DNA of 64,000 nt from Rebecca billardiae RCC1528 (GCA_965240325.2 OZ251224.1:496001-560000); one strand, 5' to 3'; shown: positions 11,726 through 23,426, counted from the stretch's first letter. A program made the numbers and translations. The notes: generated from the sequence alone by a model not told the origin.

Positions 11726-11925
11726 GCTGCGCGCGCGCTCGCGCTGAAGCGTGCGCCTCGCCTGCGCGGAGCCGCCGCCGCCTGCTGGCCCGGGCCGCTC
11801 CGAGCGTGGTCTTGCACCAACCGTGATGCGCGCGGTGCCTGTGCTCAGCATCACGAGTAGTGCGTCGTCGGCGGCGCGGCCGCGGTCACACAGACAGCGG
11901 AAGCCGCAGACCCACGAGCGGCAGC

Positions 11926-12276
11926 ATGTCGGCGGCACTGATCATTGCAACGAGTGTGGCCGCACGGCGTGCGACCGTTCGGGCCACCCGGCGCGCAGCC
12001 ACTCGATCTTTGGCGACCGACGTGCCTGATGACCACTACGACCTGCGCGCCGTCGGCGCGGATGCGCCAATGCCCTACGAAGTGAACGGTGAGCCCACCG
12101 ACATCACAAAGGTGCTCGCCAACGGGCAGAAGCAGGTGGGCTACTCTTCGCGCTATGCTCGCAATTGGTCGCGCATCTTTGCGCCATCGACAGAAAGCTC
12201 CATGGTGCCAGGGCCGGTCGCGGCCGACCGCATGCCTGAGGCGGTCGAGGAATCGAGCCGAATCGCACGTGATTGA
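11926..12276 (+). CDS. Small hypothetical protein with probable mitochondrial transit peptide
   Basis: Arg/Ala-rich, acid-free N-terminus (MSAALIIATSVAARRATVRATRRAATRSLAT); coding-like codon bias; YARNWSRIF motif. Confidence 0.6.
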   Translation: MSAALIIATSVAARRATVRATRRAATRSLATDVPDDHYDLRAVGADAPMPYEVNGEPTDITKVLANGQKQVGYSSRYARNWSRIFAPSTESSMVPGPVAADRMPEAVEESSRIARD

Positions 12277-13507
12277 GCGCGCACTGCCGGGGAATCTCAC
12301 GCGCCCTGCACGGCGCACATGCACGTTGGCGACAGGCGTGTGCGGGCGCCGATCCACCAGCACCTTGGCCCGCACTCGCAGCCTATCCTGCGCGGAGCCG
12401 GCCATCGCTGGCCAGGGGCGCCAGTTTCACAGCTCCCGCCAGCTCACACATCCGAGCCCGCCAAGGCCGTGCCGACTGCTGGCGACTGCGACAACCGAAG
12501 CCTGCCATGTCGCCTGCTGTGGCGGTGGCTACTGGCTGCCGGAATGGGAATCGCTGTCATGCGAAGAGCCGCCAGGAAGTCGGGCGTGAGCCTCTGGGAC
12601 CGGGACTGAGACGGCGGCCCGTCGCCGAGGGACTCGTCAAAACATCCGGACGCTTCTTGGCGACGATCGTCCTCACCGCGCTCACCAGTCAGACGTGGCC
12701 GGCTTGCGCGGCCAGCGGCGCAGCGCCAGCGGCGGCCACGGCCACGGGCCGGCAGGCCGGCGTCCCGCTGGGTGGCCCGGCGGGGGGCGCCGGCTGCCCG
12801 GCCGGGGCGGCACGCGCACTGGCAGCAGCTGAGCCTGGGACTCGGAATTCTGAGTCGTGTCGTCGTCGCTTGCTTGGTCAGCTTGGTGTCAGTGTGCACA
12901 GTCTGAGCACGTCTCACTCAGAGTCTGCCCGACGTTGCACGCAGTATAGCGTTATACTGACACTAGTCATTACTCAGTACCCACTGCCCGCAGAGTCTCA
13001 CTTAGTCGCACTTTACAGTCAAATGCTGGCCAGTCTTAAAGTGCTGCAGCTGTGACGCACTCGCGCGCGCGACCGCGACTGGAGTCGGAGAAGCCATGCT
13101 GAATCTGCTGCAGCAGCAAAGTGAAAGTAGCGATCATCAATGTCACAATGACGAACCCATCGTGACGAAGCCCATGCCGATGCGCTGCTGCGTCAGTGCG
13201 CAGCGTGCGTGTCGCATCCGACGGCGGCGACGGCGAGTGTGGCCTCATGTGCACAACACACTGCAGCACGTGCGCGGGCCGCCGGCTCGTTCCTGTCGAT
13301 GCAGAGGACAGCCTGCCCATCGTGGGCGCACGGCCCGGTACGCAGCGCGGGTAGCCATCATTGAGCCAGAGCGCCAAGCAGCTGCTCGATCGGATCCTGC
13401 CGTGCCAGGTGCCAGCGAGCAGTCGAGCTGAGATCAGCGAGTCGCAGCGAGCGCAGGGCATGTCGCCCACGCACCCCCCCTCGAGTGGGTGTGCTGCGCC
13501 CCCTGGC

Positions 13508-14047
13508 TCAGGTGGTCATGGTGTCCAGCTCCGCCAGCAGCTCTGTCACACATCGCGCGAGCGTGTGGGTGAGTGCCTTCACCTCAACGGATGCCTCGAC
13601 GGTGGAAGGATCTTCCGCGGCTTTCTGCTTGTCCAAAATCTCCTGCGTGGTGTTTTGCAGCATCAGTGCCACCTTATTCACGCGTTCGGCTCCCACAAAG
13701 CCCGCTGAACCTTTGCAAGTGTGTGCAGTGCGCCGAAGGTCTGGGAACTGTTTCGCCTCCAGCTGCGAGATCACCTTCGATGGCACATCGCGATTTGTGT
13801 TCAGAAACATCGAGACACCCCTGCCCATCATCGTCTTATCCCCTGGTGCGAGCCGCATGCGCGCGGCGCGGCGGAGGGGTTGGGGGATTCACGGCAGGTC
13901 CCGCACACAGGCACGCGCCGCATGGCGCAAAAGAAGGCCGCGCTCACCGCCGAAGGTCTGCTCGAGGGTCTTGACATTGCACACGTGCATTTCGGAAACA
14001 CTGGCGTAAAGCTCATCGGCGCGCTTTGTCACTTCGTCCTCGGCCAT
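13508..14047 (-). CDS. Stand-alone histidine phosphotransfer (Hpt) protein; intron 13947-13843
   Basis: Spliced product reads LEQTFGGDKTMMGRGVSMFL...LRRTAHTCKGSAGFVGAERV, with the phospho-acceptor HxxKGS motif. Donor GTGAGC, acceptor CACCAG. Confidence 0.9.
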
Positions 14048-14234
14048 GTTGCCAGGCGCGCGCAGTGAATCGCCCCACGCGCGCGCCACCACAGAAGCTC
14101 TGTGCTCAGTGCACCTCGCTCATCTCGCCGCCGCAGGGCGCAAGCTACAAAGCGCACCGTCCGGACAGCAGGCCTGATTGGTTCTCGAGATACAACGACG
14201 ACGTCGATCTTTTCCGCGAATAATAAAAAAGGTT

Positions 14235-14766
14235 TATGGGGGGGGCTGGGTTAGTTTTGGGGTGCCCTCAACTGCCAAAACCACCCCTCGCGGAGAGGCT
14301 TGGACGGACGCAAGATGGGCACCCCTCGCCCTCGCCGTCGAGGACAAGCCGGAGGACGCCCGTGTCGGTAAGGCACCCGCTGGGGCCGGGTCGCCGCGGC
14401 CGCACATGCTCGCGCCAGGCGCGTTTGAAAATGACCCCAAACGAGCCCACCCCAAAACTAACCCGGGAGGCGCGTGCGCACGCGCGGCGCGAGCTCGTGG
14501 GCAGCATTGCTGGCGAAGCGAGCCGCCTTCTCGTGCTGCCCAGGCTGGGGATCCCCCCGCAATCACTCCTGATGAGGCGGAAGCGACGCGCCGAAGCACT
14601 CGCGATGCCACCGAGACGGGCAGAGCCGTTGCCCAGCGTCGCCTTGTGGGACATGGCGAGCCGCTGGAGCGGCCATGCTCTCCCAGTTCGCGCGGCCACC
14701 CCAGTGCGGCGGCCAGTGGCACCCCAAAACTAACCCCACCCCAAAACTAACCCAGCCCCCCCCATA
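14235..14766. mobile_element. MITE, 532 bp including flanking TA, with perfect terminal inverted repeats
   Basis: TATGGGGGGGGCTGGGTTAGTTTTGGGGTG (14235-14264) is the exact reverse complement of 14737-14766. Extra CACCCCAAAACTAACCC copies at ~14448 and ~14720. The outer TA is the probable TSD. Confidence 0.9.
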
Positions 14767-15025
14767 TCGTCAAATCAAGTAGTTTGTGGTCGCTCGGAAA
14801 GTTAGAAGTGGCTGCTGTGGCTCGTCAAGTTGTATCTCACCATCATCTCGAACAGCAACCTCCAAACGTCCAAATACTGTACGGGTTCCCAAGCGTCACG
14901 ATTCACGTGAATCTTCAAGACCAGCGAATCAGCGATGGTCTCAGAATAGTTCGCCTCTTGCCGCGATGCAGCTGCCGACGACAGCTGATGGCAGTCGCAC
15001 GCGGGAAGCACTTGGGTCCCCGAAG

Positions 15026-15655
15026 ATGCCGCCGTCAATCACCGAGGCTCGCGACGCGAGCCAAGGCCCGCGAATCGTCCTGCTCACGGGCATGAGTGGT
15101 GTGGGGAAGTCCAGCGTGAGTAAAGCGTTGCGCCTCATGGTCCCCGAATGTAACATCATCTCCCAGGACGAGCACTTTGCCGATGCCGGCATCACCTACG
15201 CAGCGGCACTAGCGTCTGGCAACTGCGAAATGGAGCGTGCTGAGCATGTGGATTGGGCGAGAGTGCTGAGGGTCGTTCGTGCCGCGGACGGCCTTGTGCT
15301 TGTCGAGGGCCACTGCCTACCCGCCTGCATTGAGCTCGTCGACATGGCCGCAGCCATCTTGGTGCTGAATGCCTCTCCAGATGAATGTCGAGCCCGTCGC
15401 CTTGGTCGGCGCGAGCGCAGCGCGGAGGAAGCCGCCGAGCTCTCGCGCTATTTTGACGAGATTGTCGCACCTGCACACCAGGAACATACCGCCCCGCGGC
15501 TCAGAGAGCTTCTGGAGAGCGGGGATCCTCGTGCCGTCGAACTGGATGCTCGGCAGGCGATTGCCACCGTCATCGATGAGATGATGCTTGCACTTCGACG
15601 GCGACATTGCTTGCCGCCGGGCCGCGGATATGACAAGCACTTACAGTTGGAGTAG
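15026..15655 (+). CDS. P-loop kinase, nicotinamide riboside kinase/uridine kinase-like
   Basis: Walker A IVLLTGMSGVGKSS, IISQDEHF, LVLVEGH, ECRARRLGR lid motif. Confidence 0.8.
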   Translation: MPPSITEARDASQGPRIVLLTGMSGVGKSSVSKALRLMVPECNIISQDEHFADAGITYAAALASGNCEMERAEHVDWARVLRVVRAADGLVLVEGHCLPACIELVDMAAAILVLNASPDECRARRLGRRERSAEEAAELSRYFDEIVAPAHQEHTAPRLRELLESGDPRAVELDARQAIATVIDEMMLALRRRHCLPPGRGYDKHLQLE

Positions 15656-16726
15656 GCTCCGGGCTGTACATATGGGCGTATCATCATCAACTAATCATCA
15701 TGAGACTGGCTCCGGCTCCTGCGGTCCCGGCACCGGCGGGCCCCGACCCCGTCTGGCCGTCAGCCCCCCGAGCTCCGTTCAGACCGTTACGTCTTGGCCC
15801 CGAGCCGAACTGTCCGCCCGAAGTCAACCATTTGATTTTGAACCAAGCGGACGATGTATGATCATCAGAGGCGGCGATCCCGCCGATTGCAGTGTCCGAA
15901 GATGTAACGCTCCGCAGTGACCGGACTGGGCGGCTTCGCGGCGGGCGGGTGCCGTAGTGGGGCCACTGGGGGGGTGGACCGAAGCCGGAGCCTGCTGTTG
16001 AGTGAACCGGGATCGGACTCATTCTATGATTTAACGACACAGGTAGGACGACGCGGGTCCGTCCTGATTCGTCGACTACTGCATCATAATTAGCACACAT
16101 CCGATTTATTATAATAATCGGCCAACGATATTATCAGATATATATTATAAAGAAATTATAATTCGTCGTCTACTGTCACTAGTGTCAGTCGGAAAGTTCT
16201 AAGTCACGCCAGACTGACTGAGTCGCTGCGCGCCTCGGCGCGAGCGCCCAGGCCCGGCCCTGGCCGGCCCAGGCCCAGGCCCAGGGCCAGGGTGCGCGCC
16301 GCGCGCGGGGCGGCAGCGGCCGGCTCAGCATGAGGATGAGGCGATGAGCCGCTGCGCGATCCGATAAGAGCCCGCAGCAGCTGCAGAGGTGCAGAGGAGA
16401 CAGAAGGTCGAGGCCGCGCTTGCTGACGCGCGTGTGCTGGCGGCGGCGCGCGCGTGGGTCGACCGATCCGCCCGGCTTGCGAGCCATCACAAGCAAGCGG
16501 CGGCCGCCCGAGGTCATCAAGCACGCTCCACTCCCGCCGCGCATGCGCAGTTGCACACGCTGCCAAGCGCCTTGTAGCTGCGCGGCCACGCGCTCGCGCC
16601 GAGGCGCACGCCGCCCGCGCGCACCGCATCGTATGATGGGCTCGGTGCGCCCGCGTCCGTCCGTCCATGCGCCTGATGCCCAGCACGATGATGCGCGCCG
16701 CTCGACGGCCCGGCCATCAGCGGTCG

Positions 16727-17856
16727 TCAGCGCCGGTCAAAGCCGTCCCAGAACGGCCCGCGCAGCGGCTTGTAGTTGTGCGCGCTCGCAGAGCTGTACA
16801 CGCCGCCCGCCCTGCGCACGTCTTCGCACAGCGTGCGGTTGGCGAGGCACCACCCCCGCCTCGCGTCCGCGTGGTGCATCAGGAAGTGGTGCTTGGTCGT
16901 CGCGTCCAGGATCTAGTTGGCGTGGATGAGGATCACGTGGCGGTGCTCCTCCTCGCTCAGCTCGGACTCGGGCTGGATCACCGAGGAGCCGCGCACGCCG
17001 ACCCGCCCGGCCGCCTTGCGCCGCACGGCGGGCGGCGCGTGGCGGAGGCGGAGGGGGTGCCGGCTGCCCGTGCGGTAGCTGAACTGAACTGCTGAAGATG
17101 GGCATCGACTCCACCACCACCGCGCCGATCCCGTCGCACGCGCGCACGCGCACGGCGAAGTCCGAGGCGCGCGCCTCGCGCGTCGACAGCGGCCCGCTCA
17201 CGTTGGCCGCGCAGCGCTCGCGCGCGAGCGCGTTAAGCGCGGGCTGGTCGAGCAGGGGCTCCCGCGAGCTGCGCAGCGCGTCGAGCCACGCGCACATCAG
17301 CGCGAGCGTGCGCCGGTTCGCGCGCGCGTGGTACAGCCCGGAGTTGAGCATGGGGCTCGGAAAGACGAGCTGGAATTGCATGTCGGCGCCGAGGCGCGCG
17401 GCGCGCGAGACGAGGGGCGGCCGCGGGTCTCTCAGGAGCGTGACGTCGGCGTCGGCGAAGAGGATGTCCCGCCCGGTCGCGAGCAGCACGGCGTACGCCG
17501 CCTCCACCTTGGCGTGCACCGCCTGCTCGTACTCGCCCACCTCGTACATGCCGGCCGGCGCCAAGGTTGTCGCGCAGCCGCGCGAAGCACTCGCCGCCGT
17601 CGGATACCGTCACCACCACGGGGAAGCCGGACGGTAGCCGCGCCGCGCGCGGCTCGACGACGCGCCGCACCGCCTTCAGGGCGCTCGGCGCGTAGGGCGC
17701 GGCGGTGGCGCACGGGGCGCACGCGGGGCGCGACGCGAGCGCGAGCACGAGTGCGACGAATCTCGCCGTCGCGCGCCGCGTCGTCGTGCTCGCTGCCGCT
17801 GATGCCAGCAGTGGACGGCGACCGGTCCGCGCCGGCCGGGCCGGCCCCGCCCCCAT
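16727..17856 (-). pseudogene. Nucleotide-diphospho-sugar transferase (GT77-like) pseudogene
   Basis: Motifs DILFADADVTLLRDP and LNSGLYHARAN, LDQPALN. Frame break near 17565 with apparently missing sequence, second frameshift near 17080-17095, and TAG at 16915-16913 where the family HANW motif has Trp. Confidence 0.75.
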
Positions 17857-17895
17857 AGCGGTCGGTCGCGCATCCGATGACACCACACCGGACCG

Positions 17896-18954
17896 AGGCC
17901 ACTTCACCGAAATCCAGGTTGGGGAGGATCTCCGCTGCACTGGTGGGGAGGATGTCATCCTCCCCGCTCGCCACGGCTGGGGAGGATGTCCGCCGCGCTG
18001 TCCGGTCTTTCGCCGCTGACAAAACTTTCGAAAACGAAAGTCGCGCCATGGCGGACCCGGTGTTCCCGCCCGGCGGCGAAAGGGGCGCGGGGCCGGTGGC
18101 TCGCGATCCGAAGGGCAGTAGCTCGCGACCTCGCTTGGGCGGTGGCAGCGGCGCTGTGGCACGGCGTGTACCATCCGCGCGGCTGTGCGCGATCGCGCGG
18201 TCCCGTTCGTCGCCACGCCGCGCGCGACCGTTCACGCCACAGTCTTTCCGCACTGGCATGCACCCGTTGCAAGCGCATGACGGCGGAGAGCTCAGAGAGC
18301 CCGTCACGCGCGTGACGACCGTGTGGGATGGGTTGTGCCGATATGAAGGCTGCCCTTCGTAGGCTTTCTGATGAGCCCATCCAACGTTCAGACCATTCCT
18401 AACTGCTGAAAGCCACACGGCCATGGAGTTGTGGACAGTACAGCAGCCGTCCATGATCCTCATGCCCGCCTCATGGGCCGGCGCGTGCCTCCCTGAACAT
18501 GAAGACAAGCTGTACAACCCATCCCACACGGTCGTCACGCGCGTGACGGGCTCTCTGAGCTCTCCGCCGTCATGCGCTTGCAACGGGTGCATGCCAGTGC
18601 GGAAAGACTGTGGCGTGAACGGTCGCGCGCGGCGTGGCGACGAACGGGACCGCGCGATCGCGCACAGCCGCGCGGATGGTACACGCCGTGCCACAGCGCC
18701 GCTGCCACCGCCCAAGCGAGGTCGCGAGCTACTGCCCTTCGGATCGCGAGCCACCGGCCCCGCGCCCCTTTCGCCGCCGGGCGGGAACACCGGGTCCGCC
18801 ATGGCGCGACTTTCGTTTTCGAAAGTTTTGTCAGCGGCGAAAGACCGGACAGCGCGGCGGACATCCTCCCCAGCCGTGGCGAGCGGGGAGGATGACATCC
18901 TCCCCACCAGTGCAGCGGAGATCCTCCCCAACCTGGATTTCGGTGAAGTGGCCT
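17896..18954. mobile_element. Foldback element: ~441-bp inverted arms, 177-bp spacer, 7-bp direct repeat CGGACCG
   Basis: 17893-18336 is the reverse complement of 18514-18957 (no mismatch noticed). CGGACCG at 17889-17895 and 18955-18961. The TSD is near-palindromic, so 3/5/7-bp readings are all possible. Confidence 0.9.
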
Positions 18955-19395
18955 CGGACCGGGCCAGCAGCCTGTGATGAACTGGAGAACCTGCGCTTGC
19001 TGAAAGCTATTGTGGTTATCGTCTATCGAAACGACACGGCGACTACGCGCCCATGTGCAGCGGTATGAAAGGGTACTTACCCACATATGTTTGTGGGTAG
19101 GTGAAAGACTGAAAGAGTGAAAGTGTTTGTGTTCGTCATCGGTCGATTACGTGACGAGGGTAATCAATTACCCGCAAATGAATACTTGCACTTATTGTCC
19201 GGTTCCTGCCAATGTCTTATCTAGATAGGTCGATCATAGCCCCGGGAAGGCGGGCGGTCGGAACTCGGAAGCGAGGTCACCAGTACTTGTGCGGCAGCCT
19301 CAAGGCAGGGTGCGAGCGAGGAAGGCAGGAAGCCGACGTCAAGTGGGCAAGCAGGAGGGGGGGGGGCAACGTCGTCGAGAGGAGCCGCGGCTGCG

Positions 19396-20796
19396 ATGGT
19401 GCTTCGGTGTGGCGACGACTGGGAGGTCGGCGCACGCGTCGCCGGCGGCTCGTTTGGGGATGTGTACGTTGGCCACAACCCGCTCTCGGGCCAGCTTGCA
19501 GCGATCAAGCTTGAAAAGCAGCGCAATGGCACCTCGAGCACATCATGGAGCCAGGAGGTGAAGATGTACCGGTGTGTCACGCCGCACCCCGGCGTGCCTG
19601 CGCTCCTGTGGCACGGCACGGCCTCGGACGGGCGGAGGGGGCTCGCGCTCGAGCTGCTTGGCCCGAGCCTCGACGATCTTTTCCACGCGCTGGAGCGTTC
19701 GATCTCCGTCCCGACGCTCGCGGCATGTGCGATCACTCTGATCGACCTGATCGCGTGGCTGCACTCGCGCGGGATCGTGCACCGTGACGTGAAGCCGCAG
19801 AATTTCCTCTGCGGCCGCATCGCGCTCGGCGACGAGAACGAGCCGTGCAACGCGCACGTGGCCTTCTCGGCGCGCGTGGACGATGTCTTTGTGGTCGACT
19901 TTGGGCTCGCCAAGGCGTTCAACACGCGCTCGGGGCACGTGCAGTTCAAGCGGCACCAAGGGCGCGCGGGCACGGCGCGGTACGCCTCGATCAACACGCA
20001 CAAGGGCCACATGCAGTCGCGGCGTGACGACCTCGAGGCCATCGGGTACATGCTCGTCTTCCTGCACAAGGGGCGGCTGCCGTGGCAGGGCGTCAAGGCG
20101 TCGTCGCGCCGGCGCAAGCACAAGCGCATCTGCGCGGTCAAGTCGGCGACGTCGCTGCAGGAGCTGTGCGACGGCATGCCGCCCGCGTTCTCGCTCTTCC
20201 TCGAGTACGCGCGCAACCTCGGCTTCACCGAGCAGCCCAACTACCAGTACTGCAAGTCGCTCTTCAGGCACGTGCTGCACGAGCAGCCGTGCGCGGCGCC
20301 CGACTGGGCGCAGCTCGACCCGGCGTCGTTCGCGTGCATCAGCGCGCTCACGGCGACGCAGCGCTCGGCGTCGGCGACGTCCACGGGGCAAAGCGGCACG
20401 GAAGCCCGCGCGAGCGTGCTCAAGGGCACGCTAGCCACCGGCGCGATCGTCCCCGCGCCGAACGGCGACACGGCCGACGCTGACGACGGCGGCGACGGCC
20501 CACCCGCAGCAGGCACGCCTGGCGGTGGGGCAGGCGCGGGCGGGAGCGGGCTGGCGTTGCGGGCCACGCCGCTGGAGCAGGGCGGGCGTGCAGACGGCCA
20601 ATCAGGCTGTCGCCTCGAGAGCGTCGCTGCCGCCTCGTCTGCGAGCCGACGGCTGGGCGAGCGCAGCGCGTGCGCGCAGCGCACGGCGCAGCGCGCGCGG
20701 TGCGCCGAGACAATGAAGCGAAAGGCGGAGGCGCTTGCCAGCCGGCCATGGTCTCCACGTCGGACGCGCAGCCACGTGCGGCAACGAGTGGCATGA
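19396..20796 (+). CDS. CK1: Casein kinase 1 family Ser/Thr kinase, intronless
   Basis: GGSFGDVY, AAIKLE, LLGPSLDDLF, HRDVKPQNFL, DFGLAK, GTARYASINTH, SRRDDLEAIGY, LPWQG. Confidence 0.95.
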   Translation: MVLRCGDDWEVGARVAGGSFGDVYVGHNPLSGQLAAIKLEKQRNGTSSTSWSQEVKMYRCVTPHPGVPALLWHGTASDGRRGLALELLGPSLDDLFHALERSISVPTLAACAITLIDLIAWLHSRGIVHRDVKPQNFLCGRIALGDENEPCNAHVAFSARVDDVFVVDFGLAKAFNTRSGHVQFKRHQGRAGTARYASINTHKGHMQSRRDDLEAIGYMLVFLHKGRLPWQGVKASSRRRKHKRICAVKSATSLQELCDGMPPAFSLFLEYARNLGFTEQPNYQYCKSLFRHVLHEQPCAAPDWAQLDPASFACISALTATQRSASATSTGQSGTEARASVLKGTLATGAIVPAPNGDTADADDGGDGPPAAGTPGGGAGAGGSGLALRATPLEQGGRADGQSGCRLESVAAASSASRRLGERSACAQRTAQRARCAETMKRKAEALASRPWSPRRTRSHVRQRVA

Positions 20797-22875
20797 CGCG
20801 CCTTGAGACCTCGGCGTCTCAAAGACGGCCCGAGGGCGAGGCGGGCCGGCGCGTCGTGTCAGTCTGTCTGTCGGACCGTCCGAGCGAGGCGGCACTCTCG
20901 GTGCCACACTCCTGCCCCTGGGCCTGGTCGGCCGGACGGCGGGCGACGCGACGAGTCGAGTTATATATATATACTAATACTTGGTGGAGTTCTTAAACGC
21001 GGTGCCATTCCGACCGCCAACGCCGCGGAGACACGGCAGTGCAGTCGGTGACACGCGGCCTGCGGCGGCCGCGCAGGCACCTGCCTGACTAACTACTAGT
21101 ATGGTAAACGCTGATATCGGCTGTATCACGCCCGTCCCGACCGACGACCGTCGACCGAACTATGATGGCGGAAACTTTTTTAAAAATGGAGGGCCCTGGG
21201 CGCCCTGGCGAGCCACCTGCGCTCGCGGGATCGGGGCCGCCCTCTCTCGCTGTGCCGCTTTCGGCGCACGCCCGGCCGCGCGGCGGGCGACGTGTGCACA
21301 CGCTGTGCAGCTCGCGGCGCGTGCGCATTGGCTAGCTGGCACACGTCTCCCGACGCACAAGGCGAATGACCGCAGCGGGGATGCCCGCTTTCGCGCCGCA
21401 AGAACGCGTGCGAGGCCCGGCCCGCCACGGCCGGGCGGCGTGGCCGTGCCGCCTGCACGCTGGTCGCCCATGGACGTGGCTTCGCCGCGCGCGCTGAGGC
21501 CGGCGAGCGTCGCGACTGACTTCCACGACGCGTGCGACGCGCCATCTGCCCGCTTCCTTGCCTGTGACGCACGTCTTCTGCGGGCAATGGCGACTCTCGC
21601 GCGCCCACGCGGGCGGCGAAGCCGCCATCCGCCGCCGCGCTTTGCCGTTGGACAGCGCGGAACATTTCGTTTTGAAAAGCGCAGATCTGAAGACCGGAGA
21701 GCGTGTGTCAGCTGAGCAACGCCAGGCCTGGCGGTGGAGGCCGAAGATGAAGGTTTTTGGCGGCACTTTTGGAGAAAATATCTGTAATACACGGCAGCAA
21801 AATGTTGCATGATGCCGGCGCACTCGGCACAGGCGCACAGCCAGTGACTGCCCCAGTGGCGAGAAGCGGCGCTGCTGACATCTGACGATTGACGTGATGG
21901 AGTTCAGGCTAGGCGCGCACCGCGCGCACCGCGCCTGCGCCCGAGCCGCCGGCTGCCAGCCGCCGAGCCAGCCAGGCCCCGGCCCCGGGCCGGCCCGCCG
22001 GGCGCCCGGGGCGGCGGCATGCACGTAGTCTCGGCTTCTAATAAGTAGGACTGTGCCTATATATCGAAGCAGCCAATCGCTAGTCTCCGTTCAGTCTAGG
22101 CTAGATCCGCAGATAGTTGTAAGTTGAGCCCCCAACTTTCTAGTTTCTCGTAACTCGTGACTGCAGAATGAGCTCCTTGAAATCATTAAACTTAATTGCC
22201 CGCGCTGAGGCTCGATTGCTGCCTGCCCGCGAGGCTCGATTGCTGCCTCTCTAGATGATTGTTATATATATTTTAAATAGTATTAGCATATTCAACGTCA
22301 TGGCATGCAACGGGCAGGCCGGCCGAGGGGGGCACAGCTAACTGCTAAGTCACAGCACGAGCTGTAGCCTGTAGGGCAGCACTGGCAGCAGTCAGACAGC
22401 TTTGAGCTCAGCGGATCCGGGGCAGCACGCTGCACGGTCCTAACTATACTAACTAGGCGTCTCCGGACCACGGTGTACGGACAAACACCAGGATCAGCTC
22501 TCAGGACTCGCCGTCGTCCCCCCGGCCCTCGTGAGTCGTAGTCCGGCCCATCACTTCGGACACTTGTTTGTCTTAGTAATAGTAGACTTGATGGACACTC
22601 TTCCGGCGCCATCTGGCCATTAGTCTAAATTAGATTGGCCCTAGACCTAGTAATTGGCTGCTAGACATAAGACAGCTGCTAGTGCTGGTGACGCCGCGTC
22701 GCGTGTGACTCCGCCTCCCGGCCCTCCGGCCTGGCCCGCCTCCCGCAGGCGCAGGCCGTGCGGTGACCGCGACAGCGGCGGACCGCGACGGCACTGTCGG
22801 CAGCGTCAGCGGGCGCCGGCGACTCGGACGGCACCGCGTAGCTAGTCGGTGTATTTTTTAGAAAAACAATAGCTA

Positions 22876-22898
22876 ATATATATATATATATATATATA
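22876..22898. repeat. (TA)n microsatellite
   Basis: Read directly. Confidence 0.9.
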
Positions 22899-23426
22899 AA
22901 CGCGTTTATTATATATATATGCTAGTTAAACTGTTAATAATAATAGCTTAGTAGACTGAACTCATATGATTCAGTCTGTTGCTGTCGGCGGCTGCGCGTC
23001 AGCCGTCAGGTCGCCGCCAGGCACTTCGACACATAGCAGTTGGTTCTAATGCACCGCGGCGCGGCCGTGCGTGAAGTCGTGCGGGCCGCTTCGTCACTCC
23101 GGCAGCGTGAAATGCGAACCGCGTGTCCAGGTGATTCCCTCGATGTTCCCTTGAGCGTAAAGCCCCGCTCAGGGCAGCTTATTGTGATGCATGTGCGTAG
23201 AGGGGGCCGTCCGCTGATGTATAAAAGAGCGGCGGCTCCGTTGAGCGGGAAGATGAATGTGCGCGGAGCTTGCAAGTGTTGCAGAGCGCGCTCGGTCGAG
23301 CTGCACGCCCTCGCCGCGGCGCGCCTACCAGCACGAGCCCGCGCGTCGGCATGCGCAGCACGCCGTGCTGCGTGACTCGGCGGAAGGGCGTCGGCTTGAT
23401 GGCGGCTTCAAAAGCACGGCGCTCCT

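Noticed and set aside
8058-11860. 1000+ aa plus-strand ORFs (also 28165-31455, 34828-37623, 36586-40449, 37859-41143)
   Set aside because: Antisense or off-frame shadows of real genes; stop codons are rare at this GC content and the products are Arg/Ala/Pro-rich with no motifs.
12280-13500. Several overlapping ORFs between the small mitochondrial-type gene and Hpt
   Set aside because: No consistent codon bias, motif or splice structure; cannot support a gene.
17432-18931. 499-aa minus-strand ORF and mirrored ORFs on both strands
   Set aside because: By-products of the inverted arms; no transposase or other motifs.
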